A stretch of 64,000 nt of DNA from Mustelus asterias (GCF_964213995.1 NW_027590160.1:1-64000), one strand, 5' to 3'; positions 11,151 to 23,424 are shown, numbered from the stretch's first letter. Notes: generated by a model from the letters alone, not told the origin. Numbers and translations: made by a program.

Positions 11151-11604
11151 TACAGAGAGGTGTTGGGAGCTGTTGATTTTACAAGTTATCCGTGTTTTCA
11201 GTGCCACCACTTCATGTACTGGTCTGAGAGGGATGGAGAGAAGTTAAAGTTAAGCTTTCTCCTTTACTGTTGATCGATACTTTGCTTTTTTAAATCTTTC
11301 TGACTTGTTACATTTTTAATGGTGAATAAACTTTCTGAATTCACCATTGAAAGTGTTCTTTCTTGCCATATGGTTGAGTCACTGGAACCTGGGTGAGTTA
11401 TGATTAGGGAGGTTGTTGTAAACAAGTGAACCCCATAAATCTTAGTTCAAACAAATCAAAATTCTTACATATGGAATGCAATCCTTTATTCTGAGAGAAA
11501 TTGAACATTGAAGTAAAGACGTTATGCTTCAGTTATACAGGGCGTTGCTGGAACTGCATCTTGAATAGGGGCTGCAGTTTTTGTCTCCTATTAAACAAAG
11601 GATT

Positions 11605-11919
11605 GGAGAATCCCTACAGTACAGACAGAGGCCGTTCTGTCCATCGAGTCTGTACCAAACACCATCCCACCCAGGCCCTATTCCCATAACCACATGCATT
11701 TACTCCAGCCAGTCCGCCTGACACTAAAGGTCAATTTAACACGGCCAAATCAACCTAACCCACACATCTTTGGACTGTGGGAGGAAACCGGAGCACCCGG
11801 AGGAAACCCACGCAGACACAGGGAGAATGTGCAAACTCCACACAGACAGTGACCCAGGCTGGAATTGAACCTGGGTCCCTGGCGTTGTGAGGCAGCAGTG
11901 CTAACCACTGTGCTGCCCC
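11605..11919 (-). mobile_element. HE1-like SINE, tail type A, nested in an old CR1 fragment (about 11490-11970)
   Basis: SINE head and body with CR1-like tail; flanks read as degenerate CR1 ORF2 C-terminus. Confidence 0.85.
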
Positions 11920-12329
11920 ATTTTATAAATACCATGGAAACAGTTCAGAGGAGATTTACTAGATTGATTCCCAATCCAGTAGTGTGAAATATTAACACTG
12001 TTTCTCTCTCCACAGATGCTGCCAGACCTAATGCATTTTTGCAGTCCTTTCTGTATTTATTTTAGATCTCCCTGTAGTGGTAGGAAAAACACTATTTACT
12101 ATCCAGGATAAAATAAATGTCCTTCATCAGCTTTTGTGGATCATTTCAGTGGCAATGTGCTCTCCCAGGCTCAAAGAGCATCAGCCCACTGGAAGCAAAG
12201 TCGTGAGACCGGCCAGTCCAGCAGAAAGAAACCCTCCGACCCTCCCACTTCACCAACTGTCAGAATGAACATGGTTCAGTCCTGGATGTGATTAACAGCA
12301 GCAATAACAGCAGAATTCAACCCCTGTCA

Positions 12330-13172
12330 TCACTTGTGAACTCGTTGGTGTCTCCGCAGGCTGGATGACTGAGTGAATCCCTTCCCACACAAACAGCAGG
12401 TGAATGGTCTCCCCCCAGTGTGAACTCGCTGGTGCTCCCGCAGGCTGGATGACGTTCTAAATCTCTTTGTGCAGTGAGAGCAGCTGAACGGTCTCTCCTC
12501 AGTGTGAATGCGCTGGTGGATAACCAGATCCCGAGAACTTTTGAAACCACTGCCACAGTCAGAGCATTTAAAGGGTCTCTCCTGAATGTGAGTGAGATTG
12601 TGACTCAGCAGGCTGGAGGAATGAGTGAATCCCTTCCCACACACAGAGCAGGTGAACGGTCTCTCCCTGGTGTGAATTCGCTGGTGCTCCCGCAGGTGGG
12701 ATGATGTTCTAAATGTCTTTGTGCAGTGAGAGCAGCTGAACGGTCTCTCCCCAGTGTGAATCCGCTGGTGGATCATCAGTTCCCGAGAGCTTTTGAAACC
12801 ATTTCCACAGTCAGAGCATTTAAAGGGTTTCTCATTGGTGTGAGTGACTTTGTGTTTTGACAGGTTGGATAACTGCATAAATCCTTTCCCACACACCAAG
12901 CAGATGAATGGTCTCTCTCCAGTGTGAACGCGCTGGTGTCTCTGCAGATCAGGTAAATGAGCGAATCCGTTCCCACACTCAAAGCAGATGAACGCTCTTT
13001 CTCCAGTGTGAACCAGCCGATGTCGCTGCAGATGATATAACCGAGTGAATCCCTTCCCGCACACAGAACAGGTGTGCGGCTTCTCTCCAGTGTGAACACG
13101 TCGATGAATTTGCAGCTCAGAGGGGGTTTTGCAACCCTTTCCACAGTCCCCACATTTCCACGGTTTCTCCAT
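12330..13172 (-). CDS. C2H2 zinc-finger protein, 10 fingers (ZNF unit 2)
   Basis: 280-aa ORF starting MEKPWKC with all ten Cys/His sets intact; fingers 4-6 resemble 7-9. Confidence 0.9.
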   Translation of the reverse strand: MEKPWKCGDCGKGCKTPSELQIHRRVHTGEKPHTCSVCGKGFTRLYHLQRHRLVHTGERAFICFECGNGFAHLPDLQRHQRVHTGERPFICLVCGKGFMQLSNLSKHKVTHTNEKPFKCSDCGNGFKSSRELMIHQRIHTGERPFSCSHCTKTFRTSSHLREHQRIHTRERPFTCSVCGKGFTHSSSLLSHNLTHIQERPFKCSDCGSGFKSSRDLVIHQRIHTEERPFSCSHCTKRFRTSSSLREHQRVHTGGRPFTCCLCGKGFTQSSSLRRHQRVHK

Positions 13173-13327
13173 GTTGCAGGTGTCCTTGTGTTGCTCCAGG
13201 TTTGACCATCAGTTGAAGTCTCACACAGAACAAGATTATAGTGCCCTGCTGCGATGGTGCAATATTTTTTCAGGCTGTGTAACTGGGAGGCTCTTTCCAC
13301 AGTCACTGCATGGGAAAATCTCAGTTG

Positions 13328-13331
<4 letters not shown>

Positions 13332-13369
<38 letters not shown>
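13332..13369. repeat. (TG)n microsatellite in the fossil-finger leader of unit 2
   Basis: About 19 TG units replacing the short GACACACAC run of paralogs. Confidence 0.95.
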
Positions 13370-13371
<2 letters not shown>

Positions 13372-13978
13372 TGAGTCCTGTTCCAGTCACACTGATGTTT
13401 AAAGACTGCTAAAGCCGACAGAACAGAGAAACATTTTTCCTTCTGGATACAAAGACCCAAGATATTCAGGTCCCGATGAATTGAGTGACTCTGTCAGATG
13501 TTGATGTGATGTTTGGTTTGAGATTTCTGTCTGTAAAATCCTCAACTTCTGATATCCTGTAAAAGGAGTTTACAAAGGTTATCACTGTCAGTACAGGATA
13601 GAAATTCAGAACAGACAATTCGAGTTTCCATGGAACATTATTTCCACTCTCATTCCCCAAGAGCTGCAAATCTCCATCCCACACACTCTCCCTCCATTCT
13701 CACTCTGCTGTATCTAATATTCACCCTCCCAATTCTCCTGTAGGTGCTGATTGACAGATCCATGCTCACTGCTTCCTGTCCTGGACAGAGAGAGCTGGAA
13801 ATCTCCATGCAGGCTGCCAGACAGATATATGTCTATCTGACTGGACTAACAATGTGTGGAACATATCGACTGGATTCACTTCCTTTCCCTTCAGTTGCTG
13901 CAAGTCCCCAATTTCCCCCAGAATGAGAAAAGAAATGGAAAGGGGGAGAAAATAAAGTGTTTTACTCACAGATGTTGG

Positions 13979-14362
13979 CCTCTTTTAAGGCCAAACCAAA
14001 TAAACAAACTCAAGTTAAATCAGGACAAAGTAAAAGGGGCAGCTCCCCAAAAGGAGGGGGAACAGCCCGAACAAAAATCAAAGTACAAAGGAAACTTAAA
14101 AACATCAAATCAAAGTGTGATTATTAGGGTCGATAACGCACCCCAACACCTGCAGTGCCCAACGGGGGCGGAAGGCGTCAACCGCGCCCGTGGACACCAC
14201 ATGCTCCCTCTCCAGTGACACCTGGCCACGAACGTAGCCGCAGTAGAGGGGCAGACAGTGAGGGTGGACGGCCTCCTCGATCGCCCGCTGCCTGGACCGA
14301 TAAATGGCACGCTTCGCCAGGCCCAGGAGCAGGTTCACGAGGAAGTCGCCATCCTGACCCAC
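13979..14362 (-). mobile_element. Tx1-clade LINE 3' end
   Basis: LVNLLLGLAKRAIYRSR...AFRPRWAL resembles the Tx1 ORF2 C-terminus, followed by a T-rich 3' UTR. Confidence 0.7.
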
Positions 14363-14364
14363 CC

Positions 14365-14606
14365 CTCTCTGCGTGGGTTTCCTCCAGGTGGTCCGGTTTC
14401 CTCCCACGGTCCAAAGATGTGCGGGTTAAGTTGATTGGCCATGCTAAAACAAATTGCCACTTAGTGTCCTGGGATGCATAAATTCGAAGGATTAGCGGGT
14501 AAAATATGTAGAGATATGGGGGTAGGGCCTGGGTGGGATTGTGGTCGGTGCAGACTCGATGGGCCGAATGGCCTCTTTCTGTGCTGTAGGGTTTCTATGA
14601 TTCTAT
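14365..14606 (+). mobile_element. 5'-truncated HE1-like SINE, tail type A
   Basis: CTGCGTGGGTTTCCTCC body; GGGCCGAATGGCCT...TTCTATGATTCTA tail. Confidence 0.85.
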
Positions 14607-14985
14607 TGTCCCTCTGAAGACAGAGGTTCTGAACCAGCCCCTGAAACCACGCCCATTGTGACCCGCCACCGACAGCAGCGCATGCGCTCTCCTTCCCCGC
14701 TGAAACAAGATGGCGGACGATAACCGGGGCCTGTTCCCGGGATAAAAGCCTGGGAGCTGTAAACCCGGGACCTGCAGGGTCTATTCGGGCCGTGCGGCCT
14801 ACAGCGGGTGTTTGTGAAGTCATAGCTCCCTCCCTGCCCCGACTCCCAGCGACATTTCTCCCGCAGCCCCACCGACTCACCTGCTGAAAAAAGCATCTCT
14901 TCGCACTCATAGGGCTCCGGGCAAAGTGACACTGCGCACGCTCCAGATAAAGCACCGCGCCTGCGCAATAGGCTCCTGGGGAATG
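14607..14985 (-). promoter_or_regulatory. Promoter/first-exon module type II (likely serves unit 2)
   Basis: CpG-rich; NRF1-like GCGCATGCGC at about 14677; YY1-like AAGATGGCGG at about 14707; minus-strand donor CAG|GTGAGT at about 14880; paralog at 51888-52272. Confidence 0.6.
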
Positions 14986-15527
14986 AATAGGACACTTTCA
15001 CACCCGCAGCGGCACCTGGGAATTAATGGCGTCATTGTCAATCAAAGACAATAATAGAAAATTATCTTGTGCAATTAAGATCAATTAATTTTTAAAAATG
15101 CATTCCTCGGAATTTGTGCGCTGCCATTCTCTATTTCTAAAATTGATTTAAACCAGTGCTCTCCTGTGGGAATACCCCAAATTTTAAAAACTTTTCCCAC
15201 TGGTTTCCTCTCCTCTCTCTGCTCTCCTGAAGGTGCTCATACTGGTTGGGTAAATCCCACAGAGACAGGTTTCTTTCACTTTCTTTCTCCTGATGCTGAA
15301 TATTCTGTTTTATGGAATGATACATCACAGATGGAAACCACTTGGCACATCCTGCCCAGTCGGGCTGTCTTTAAGATCTGTCCAATTAATCCCACAGCCC
15401 TGCTGGCAGAGTGAGAACAACATCTATTTATACTGCAGAAATGCAGGAGGTGAATGGAAAATGTTTTCCAGTTGCATACCTCTCAGACACACTCACCCCT
15501 CGAAAGATAAATTGGCCTGTGTACAAA

Positions 15528-16475
15528 GAAGAAAGAAAATTACAGCACAGGAACAGGCCCTTCGGCCCTCCAAGCCTGCACCGACCATACTGCCCGACTG
15601 AACTGAAACCCCCAACTCTTCCGGGGATCATATCGCTCTATTCCCATCCTCGTCATGTACTTGTCAAGTCGCCTCTTAAAAGTCACTACCGTATCCGCTT
15701 CCACTACCTCTCCCGGCAACGCGTTCCGGGCACCCACTACTCTGTGTAAAAAAACTTGCCTCGTACATCTCCTTTAAACATTGCCCTCGCACCTTCAACC
15801 TATGCCCCCTAATAATTGATTCTTCCACCCTGACTATCCACTCTGTCCATGCCCCTCATAATCTTGTAGACTTCCATCAGGTCTCGCCTCAGCCTCCATC
15901 GCTCCAGTGAGAACAAACCAAGTTTCTCCAACCTCTCCTCATAGCTAATGCCCTCCATACCAGGCAACATCCTGGTAAATCTTTTTTCTACCCTCTCCAA
16001 AGCCTCCATATCTTTCTGGTAGTGTAGCGACCAGAATTGAACACTAGATTCCAAGTGCGGCCTACCTATGGTTCTATATAGCTGCAACATGACTTGCCAA
16101 TTTTTAAACTCAATGCCCCAGCCGATGAAGGTAAGCATGCCATATGCCTTCTTGACGACCTTCTCCACCTGCATTGCCACTTTCAGTAATCTGTGTACCT
16201 GTACACCCAGATCCCTTTGCCTATCAATATTGTTAAAGGTTCTGCCATTTACTTTATATTTCCTATCTGTATTAGACCTTCCAAACTGCATTACCTCACA
16301 TTTGTCCGGATTAAACTCCATCTGCCATCTTTCCACCCAAGTCTCCAACTGGTCTATGTCCTGCTGTATCCTCTGATGGTCCTCATCGCTATCCGCAAAT
16401 CCACCAACGTTTGTGTCGTCCGCAAACTTACCTATCAATCCAGTTACATTTTCCTCCAAATCATTTATATATATT
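15528..16475 (-). mobile_element. 5'-truncated CR1 LINE abutting ZNF unit 3
   Basis: IYINDLEE...KFADDT...[11 protein letters not shown] plus CR1 3' UTR and tail. Confidence 0.9.
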
Positions 16476-16482
16476 ATATATA

Positions 16483-17255
16483 TCCTGTGTGAATTCGCTG
16501 TTGTGTCCAAAGACTGGATGGCCCAGCAAAATCCTTCCCACACAAGGAGCAGGTGAACAATCTCTCCCCAGTGTGAACTCGCTGATGTGCACTGAGTTGG
16601 ATGAACATGAGAACCCCTTTCCACAGGTGGAGCAGCTGAACGGCATCTCCTCAGTGTGAATTTGCTGGTGTAACAGCAGGTGGGATGAGATAGTGAATCC
16701 TTTCCCAAACACAGAACAGATGGCCTCTCTCCAGTGTGACTGTGTCTATGGTTTTCCAGCAAGTATGGATAATTGAATCCTTTATCACAATCATCACATT
16801 TCCATGGTTTCTCCATTTTCCCAGCCCCAATGTGACCATGTCGATGGGTTTCCAACCGGGTGGATAATTGAATCCTTTACCACAATCCTCACATTTCCAC
16901 GGTTTGTCCATGGTGCTGGTGTTCTTCTGTCTCTCCAGGTTGGATGATTAGTTGAAGCCTCATCCACATACAGACCATGGTGTGATGTTTTTCTGGCGAT
17001 GTAACTGGTTAAAGCTTTATCCACTGTCAGGTCACTGGAGCACTCTCACTTGGGTGTATGTGTGTGTCTCAGTTCTTTTTCTGTCACGTTGAATTTTGAA
17101 ATTTTCTTCCACTGACAATACAGGGAATGATTTATCCCTCCACTGTCAAAAGCAATCATATTTAGGTCATGATGAATCGAATGGCTCTGTCAGACTTTGA
17201 TGTGAAGTTTAGTTTGAGTTTCCTGTCTGTGAATCCTCCTCTTCTAGTTCCCTGC
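16483..17255 (-). pseudogene. Frameshifted, 3'-truncated ZNF pseudogene (unit 3)
   Basis: [17 protein letters not shown] at 16911; finger fragments in three frames; ends at the CR1 junction. Confidence 0.85.
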
Positions 17256-17875
17256 AAAAAGAGTTTTAAAAAACTGCTTCAGAACTGACAATTTCAGTTT
17301 CCACAAAACATTTCTCTGTCTCATTTATCTTGAGCTGTAATCCCCATCCCACACACTCTCTCTTGTCCCTGAGCTGAAATCAAACTCATTGCCCCATCTC
17401 CACTCTGAGCCCAGCTCCCTCTTCCTCCAGCTGGATTCAGTCCTCCAGACCATGTGCAGATTGAGAGTACAATCAAGGAGTCAATTATTTTCCTTCCAAG
17501 TCAGGGGACGTGCAGCCCCTCTGACTCTATTGTTACCACAATAGGCACATGTGCTCTGCTCACCAATGAAACACCACGGTGACCATTAACATGAGCCGGT
17601 TCCTGGGAAAGGCTCCATTTTATTTGTGCCACAACACCAGGGGAATTACCTCCTGCACAGGCACAAAGGTATCATCAGTCACAGAAAATAATTGCAGCTG
17701 GTCTCAAACCTCATTTTACCATTTGCTCCCAGACATTCCCAATTGAATTTTGAAATGCAAACTGAAATCTGCAATTATGGGGTAAATTAAAACACATTTT
17801 AATGGTCATTTTCAGAATGACTATTCCCGAGAATTAAGTCCCAAGTCAGTAAATTAAAATTCTCATCAGCAATGT

Positions 17876-18196
17876 AGGCGGCACAGTGGTTAGCACTGCT
17901 GCCTCAGAGCTCCAGGGACCTGGGTTCAATTCCCAACTTGGGTCACTGTCCGTGTGGAGTCTGCCCATTCTCCCCATGTCTGTGTGGGTTTTCTCCAGAT
18001 GCTCCAGTTTCCTCCTATCGTCCAAAGATATGCCAGTTAGGTGCATTGGCCACACTAAATTGCCCCTTAGTGTCCTGGGATGAGTAGGTTAGAGGGATTG
18101 GCAGGTTACATTTGTGGGAATAGAGCATAGGTGTGATTGTTGTCGGTGCAGACTCGATGGGCTCAATATCCTCCTCCAGCCCTGTAGGGATTCTAT
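17876..18196 (+). mobile_element. HE1-like SINE, tail type A; empty site in the paralog at about 40078
   Basis: Full head to tail; flanks ATTCTCATCAG and GAAATACATTGG are contiguous in the duplicate. Confidence 0.88.
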
Positions 18197-18829
18197 GAAA
18201 TACATTGGGAGAATTGCTGTTTTAATGGGTATTTTCACAAGTGCTATAAAATGATTTTTCAAAACAAATTAATATTTTCTTCAACAGATGATTAATAAAT
18301 AAAAAGTATTTAATAAAACAACCACCCAGTGTGGGGTTCAGGATTCTAACCCACGGTTTCTGAGCTCCAGGAACCACTAACTGAACCAGCCGGGAATGGT
18401 CTCCACAAAACTTCCCCAACTCCCTCCCGGGAAAAAGCTGCAAACCCGGGAGCTGCAGCTTTTTACTGGGGGTGTTGGGGCCTCCAGCGGGTGTTTGTGA
18501 ATCCTCCCCGCCCACCTCCCAGGGTTTCCTTCCTTCCCAGAGATCAGAGTCCTCATTGATTTGAGGCCAAAGTGTAACCTCTTATTTATTGTCCCCCTCC
18601 CCCATCCTCTGATGTGAACCATCCTCCAATGGCTGAGCCAGGATGGGGCCGTTAACCTGGGCCTGTTCCCGGGAGGGAGGGAGGGAGAAGCCCCGCAGCT
18701 GCAAACCAGGGAGCTGACAATGATTCTGAAGGGTTTGCGGATCCACAAAGTGTTTCCAAATCCTCCCAGCCACCGCCTAACGCTGACTCCGCTTCTCCGG
18801 GACAAACAAGCGCCAAGGACAGCAGTGAC

Positions 18830-18980
18830 ACTGCGCATGCTCCACATCACAATGCCCGGGGACTGATTGACGGCAGCTCGGACCAATAGGAAGAGGGGGC
18901 GGGGCTGGAGGACCGAGCGGGAGCGGCTGGTCCTCCAACCAATCGGAGTGAATGGGGGGCGCGACCTGAAGCATGCGCAG
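18830..18980 (-). promoter_or_regulatory. Promoter cassette type I (CCAAT x2, GC box, NRF1-like sites, 9-bp inverted repeat)
   Basis: CCAAT, GGGGCGGGG, GCATGCGCA and TGGAGGACC-n14-GGTCCTCCA; six copies in the window. Confidence 0.7.
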
Positions 18981-19250
18981 TGCCGGTAATGGCGACGGAT
19001 GGATGGTTTTGACTCGGAACCGAGATCAATACGAGGTAGAGGGCGGCGTGCGGGGAATGATAAATGTGGCGGGTGGGTGGAGAGACTTTGTAAACATGTT
19101 GTTCAAACCCAAACCCCGGAAATGAACTTCCCGGTTCCCCCCCTTTGTACCCAATGGAGCGGCAGCTTGTAGTGTTAGACCCGGGCTGACTGCCGCCATT
19201 GAGGCTGCATGTGGGAGGCCGGCAGGGATTGTGATCGGAGAGTGAAGCCC

Positions 19251-19410
19251 TGACGTCACAATGGAATGGGTGAGGGTGTGACATCACAATGGAATGGGTG
19301 AGAGTGTGACATCACAATGGAATGGGTGAGAGTGTGACGTCACAATGGAATGGGTGGGAGTGTGACGTCACAATGGAATGGGTCGGAGTGTGAGGTCACA
19401 ATGGAATGGG
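19251..19410. repeat. 28-bp tandem repeat (about 5.7 copies) carrying CRE-like TGACGTCA/TGACATCA
   Basis: Unit TGACGTCACAATGGAATGGGTGAGAGTG. Confidence 0.9.
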
Positions 19411-19419
19411 AAAAGATAT

Positions 19420-21525
19420 TGACTATCTCGCTGATCTATGCCCCTCATTATTTTATAGACCTCTATAAGGTCACTACAAAGCCTCCTACGCTCCAGAGAA
19501 AAAAGTCGCAGTCTATCCAGCCTTATAACTCAAACCATCAAGTCCCAGTAGCATCCTAGTAAATCTTTTCTGCACGTTTTCTTGTTTAATAATATCCTTT
19601 CTACAATAGGGTGACCAGAACTGGACACAGTATTCCAAGTGTGGCCTTACCAATGTCTTTTACAACTTCAACAAGACGTCCCAACTCCTGTATTCAATGT
19701 TCTGACCAATGAAACCAAGCATGCTGAATGCCTTCTTCACCATTCTGTCCACCTGTGACTCCGTTTTCAAGGAGCTATGAACCTGTACTCCTGGATCTCT
19801 TTATTCTATAGCTCTCTTCAAGTCCCACCATTAACTGAGTAAGTCCTGCCCTGGTTCGATCCACCAAAATGCATCACCTTGCATTTATCTAAATTTAACT
19901 CCATCTACCATTCATCAACCCACTGGCCCAATTGACCAGGATCCTGTTGCAATCCTAGATAACCTTCACTGTCCAATATGCCACCAATCTTGGTGTCATC
20001 TGCAAAATTAATAACAATGCCTCCTATATTCCCATCCAAATCATGAATATAAATGGCAAATAACAGAGGGCCCAGCACCGATCCGTGAGGCACACTGCTG
20101 GTCACAAGCCTCCAGTTTGAAAAACAACCCTCCACAACCACCCTCTATCTTCTGTCATCAAGCCCATTTTGTATCCATTTGGCTACCGTACCCTGGCTCC
20201 TGTGAGATTTAACCTTCTGCGACAACCTACCATGTGGTACCTTGTCAAAGGCCTTGCTAAAGTCCATGTAGACAACATCAACTGCACTGCCCTCATCTAC
20301 CTTCTTGGTTACCCCTTCAAAAATATAATATCAAGGGTAAGACTCTTAGCAGTGTAGAGGATCAGAAGGACCTTGGGGTCCGGGTCCATAGGACTCTTAA
20401 ATCGGCCTCGCAGGTAGAGGAGGTGGTTAAGAAGGCGTATGGTGTGCTGGCCTTCATCAATCGAGGGATTGAGTTTAGGAGTTGGGAGATAATGATGCAG
20501 CTTCATAAGACCCTCGTCAGACCCCACTTGGAGGACTGTGCTCAGTTCTGGTCACCTCATTACAGGAGGGATGTGTAAATGATTGCAAGGGTGCAGAGAA
20601 GATTTACAAGGATGTTGCCTGGATTGGTTGGCATGCCTTATGAGGATAGGTTGAGGGAGCTCGGTCTTTTCTCCTTGGAGAGTCGAAGGATGAGAGGTGA
20701 CCTGATCGAGGTGTACAAGATGTTGAGAGGTATAGATCGAGTGGATTCTCGGAGGCTTTTTCCCAGGGCTGAAATGGCTGCTATGAGAGGATACAGGTTT
20801 AAGGTCCTGGGGAGTAGCTACAGAGGAGATGTCAGGGGTAAGTTCTTCACTCAGAGGGTGATGGGTAGTGGAATCGGCTGCCGTCAGGGTGGTGGAGGCA
20901 AACTCGATAGGGTCTTTTAAGAGACTTCTGGATGAGTACATGGGACTTAATAGGATTGAGGGTTATAGGTAAGCCTATATATAAGCCTAGGTAGGTAGGG
21001 ACATGACCGGCGCAACTTGTGGGCCGAAGGGCCTGTTTGTGCTGTATTTTTTTCTATGTTCTAAGTTCTAAAAAACTCAATCAAATTTGTGAGACATGAT
21101 TTTCCACTCACAAAGCCATGCTGTCCCTAATCAGTCCTTGCGTCTCTAAATGCCTGTAGATCCTGTCTCTCAAAATTCCTTCAAGCAACTCAGCCACTAC
21201 AGATGTGAGGCTCACCCACCGGCCTGTAGTTCCCAGGCTTTTCCCTGCAGCCCTTCTCAAACAAAGGCACAACATTTGCCACCGTCCAATCTTCAGGCAC
21301 CTCACCTGTGACTATCGATGATTCAAATATCTCTGCTAGGGGACCCACAATTTCCTCCCTAGCCTCCCACAATGTCCTGGGATCCACTTCATCAGGTCCC
21401 GGGGATTTATCTACCTTGATGCACTTTAAGACTTCCAGCACCTCCTTCTCTGTTACATGTGCACTCCTGAAGACATCACTATTTATTTCCTCAAGTTCCC
21501 TAACATCCATGCTTTTCTCAACAAA
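19420..21525 (-). mobile_element. Degenerate CR1 fragment (host of a nested insertion)
   Basis: Minus ORFs VDKSPGPD...PGNYRPV and SVPHGSVLGP...FADDTKIGG; host sequence is contiguous across 20323/21071. Confidence 0.85.
20324..21070 (+). mobile_element. CR1 3' fragment nested in opposite orientation
   Basis: [12 protein letters not shown]...RGDLIEVYK; TTCTATGTTCTA tail. Confidence 0.85.
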
Positions 21526-21544
21526 GGATTCCTCAAAGGATTGT

Positions 21545-21933
21545 GAATGAAGCCCAGTCCATCACCCAAACCTGCCTCCCATCCATTGACTCTGTGTACA
21601 CATCCGGGTGCCTCGGAAAAGCAGCCAGCATAATCAACCCTCGCACCCCGGACATTCACGCTTCCACCTATTTCCTTTGGGAAATGAAACAAAAGTCTGA
21701 GCTCACGTACCAACCAACTCAAGAACAGCTTCTTCCCTGTTGCCATCAGACTTTTGAATGGACCTACCCCGCACTAAGTTGATCTTTCTGTCCACCTTAG
21801 CTATGACTGTAACACTACATCCTGCACTCTCTCCTTTCCTTCTCTATGAACTGTATGCCTTGTCTTGATAGTGTGCAAGAAACAATTCTTTTCACTGTAT
21901 ACTAGTACATGTGACAATAATAAATCAAATCAA
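21545..21933 (+). mobile_element. Rex1/Babar-like LINE 3' fragment
   Basis: AAGAACAGCTTCTTCCCTG (NSFFP) and GTGACAATAATAAATCAAATCAA tail, shared with about 35020-35312 and 59395-59630. Confidence 0.6.
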
Positions 21934-22791
21934 GTGCATCCTCTGATCTTGTGGGAGTTTGGGGAAGAAATTGCAGAGGCTCTTGCAGAAATATTTGCTT
22001 CATCCCTTTCCACTGGTGAAGTTCTGGAAGACTAGAGTGTGGCTAATGTTATTCCATTGTTGGAGAAGGGTTGCAAAGAGAAGCCTGGTAATTACAGGCC
22101 GGTGAACCTGACAACAGTGGCGGGTAAGTTACTGGAGAGGATTTGGCCAACCTTTGGGTAATCAAGGTCTGGTTAGGGAGAGTTGTCAGAGATCCTGGGT
22201 ACCAGCAACTTTAAGCATTCTTAGTCAACTTGAGTACAAACAGCACTGGACACCAGGCATAATCCAATGTGGGCCCTTTAATAACTTGTGCACAAGGAGA
22301 AACCCTGTGCAGCTGTCCCGCAAGTGGTTCTGATGTTACAGAAAAATAACTTGGCAATAATAGTCAATTACAGCAAATCAGAAACCAGGAATGTTTCTAA
22401 TCCTTCATTGACGGACATATTCGCCAATTAAATCCTAGCTTTTCGCCCTTTCGCGTTCAAAATTGACTTCTGCTAATCTTTTATTTGCATAGCATATCCC
22501 CATATCTCGCCTTTGGTATTTGTTATGGAGAAATCTGGTCTTGCTCACCCTCTGGTGAAGGCCGAAAAGCAGAATGTTCTGGGGCCTACGTAGGTGAAGA
22601 TTAGCCTGTTCATGCTGAAATAGCAGACACTGACTCCTTTGAAGGTCTGCAAGCCGATAAACATTTTCACTCGCTGTTAAAGAGAAGGCAGGAAACTTTA
22701 ATCTGAGCATTTCCACATAGTCAGCACTGCTTCGTGCATGTGTTAGAGTGGGCCAAGGCTGAGGCAGCTGTCGTATATATATTTATAGAGT

Positions 22792-22968
22792 GAGAATAGA
22801 CTAACATTTCGAGTCTGGATGACCCTTTGTCAGAACTCTGATGAAGGGTCATCCAGACTTTAAACGTTGGCTCTATTCTCTCTCCACAGATGCTGTCAGA
22901 CCTGCTGACATTTTCCAGCATTTTCTGTTTTTGTTTCAGATTCCAGCATCCGCAATATTTTGCTTTTA
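22792..22968 (+). mobile_element. Penelope-type repeat with inverted head carrying two degenerate hammerhead motifs
   Basis: About 45-bp-arm palindrome centred near 22835; CTGATGA-A-GGGTC at 22838. Confidence 0.6.
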
Positions 22969-23265
22969 TATATATTTATATATCCAAATGTGCTATGTTA
23001 ACAAAATGGGCAGTTACTAACCGAAATATAAAGCATCATGTGATTTAGCTGACTTGACCATATTCCTATAGTTATTCAGTCATTAAAGACACAGTCATGG
23101 AGCATTAAACTTGCCTCGCAGGGCCCCTCGTATCAACACACAGGCAGCTGCTTTGTGAGACTGCGAGCAGCACAGACAAGTCAGAGATAAGAGTGTCCTG
23201 AGAAGAGAGATTCATTGTGAAGGCTCAGGGACAGTTGATAAGATGTATTAATTCTATGATTCTCA

Positions 23266-23424
23266 TGAACATTTTTTCCCCTCTCATTCCCAAAAGCTGT
23301 AAATCTCCATCCCACACACTCTCCCTCCATTCTCACTCTGCTGTATCTAATATTCACCCTCCCAATTCTCCTGAAGGTGCTGATTGAGGCTGATTGACAG
23401 ATCCATGCTCACTGCTTCCTGTCC
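23266..23424 (-). other. ZNF intron block in inverted orientation relative to unit 4
   Basis: Reverse complement of 1780-1928 and 55378-55527. Confidence 0.8.

Noticed and set aside
15809-16855. ZNF-reverse transcriptase fusion gene (348-aa ORF)
   Set aside because: Chance in-frame join of a frameshifted ZNF pseudogene with a 5'-truncated CR1; most of the ZNF part is off-frame and the RT is partial.
22185-22770. Possible solo LTR or unknown element
   Set aside because: No clear TG...CA termini, TSD or second copy visible; left unannotated.
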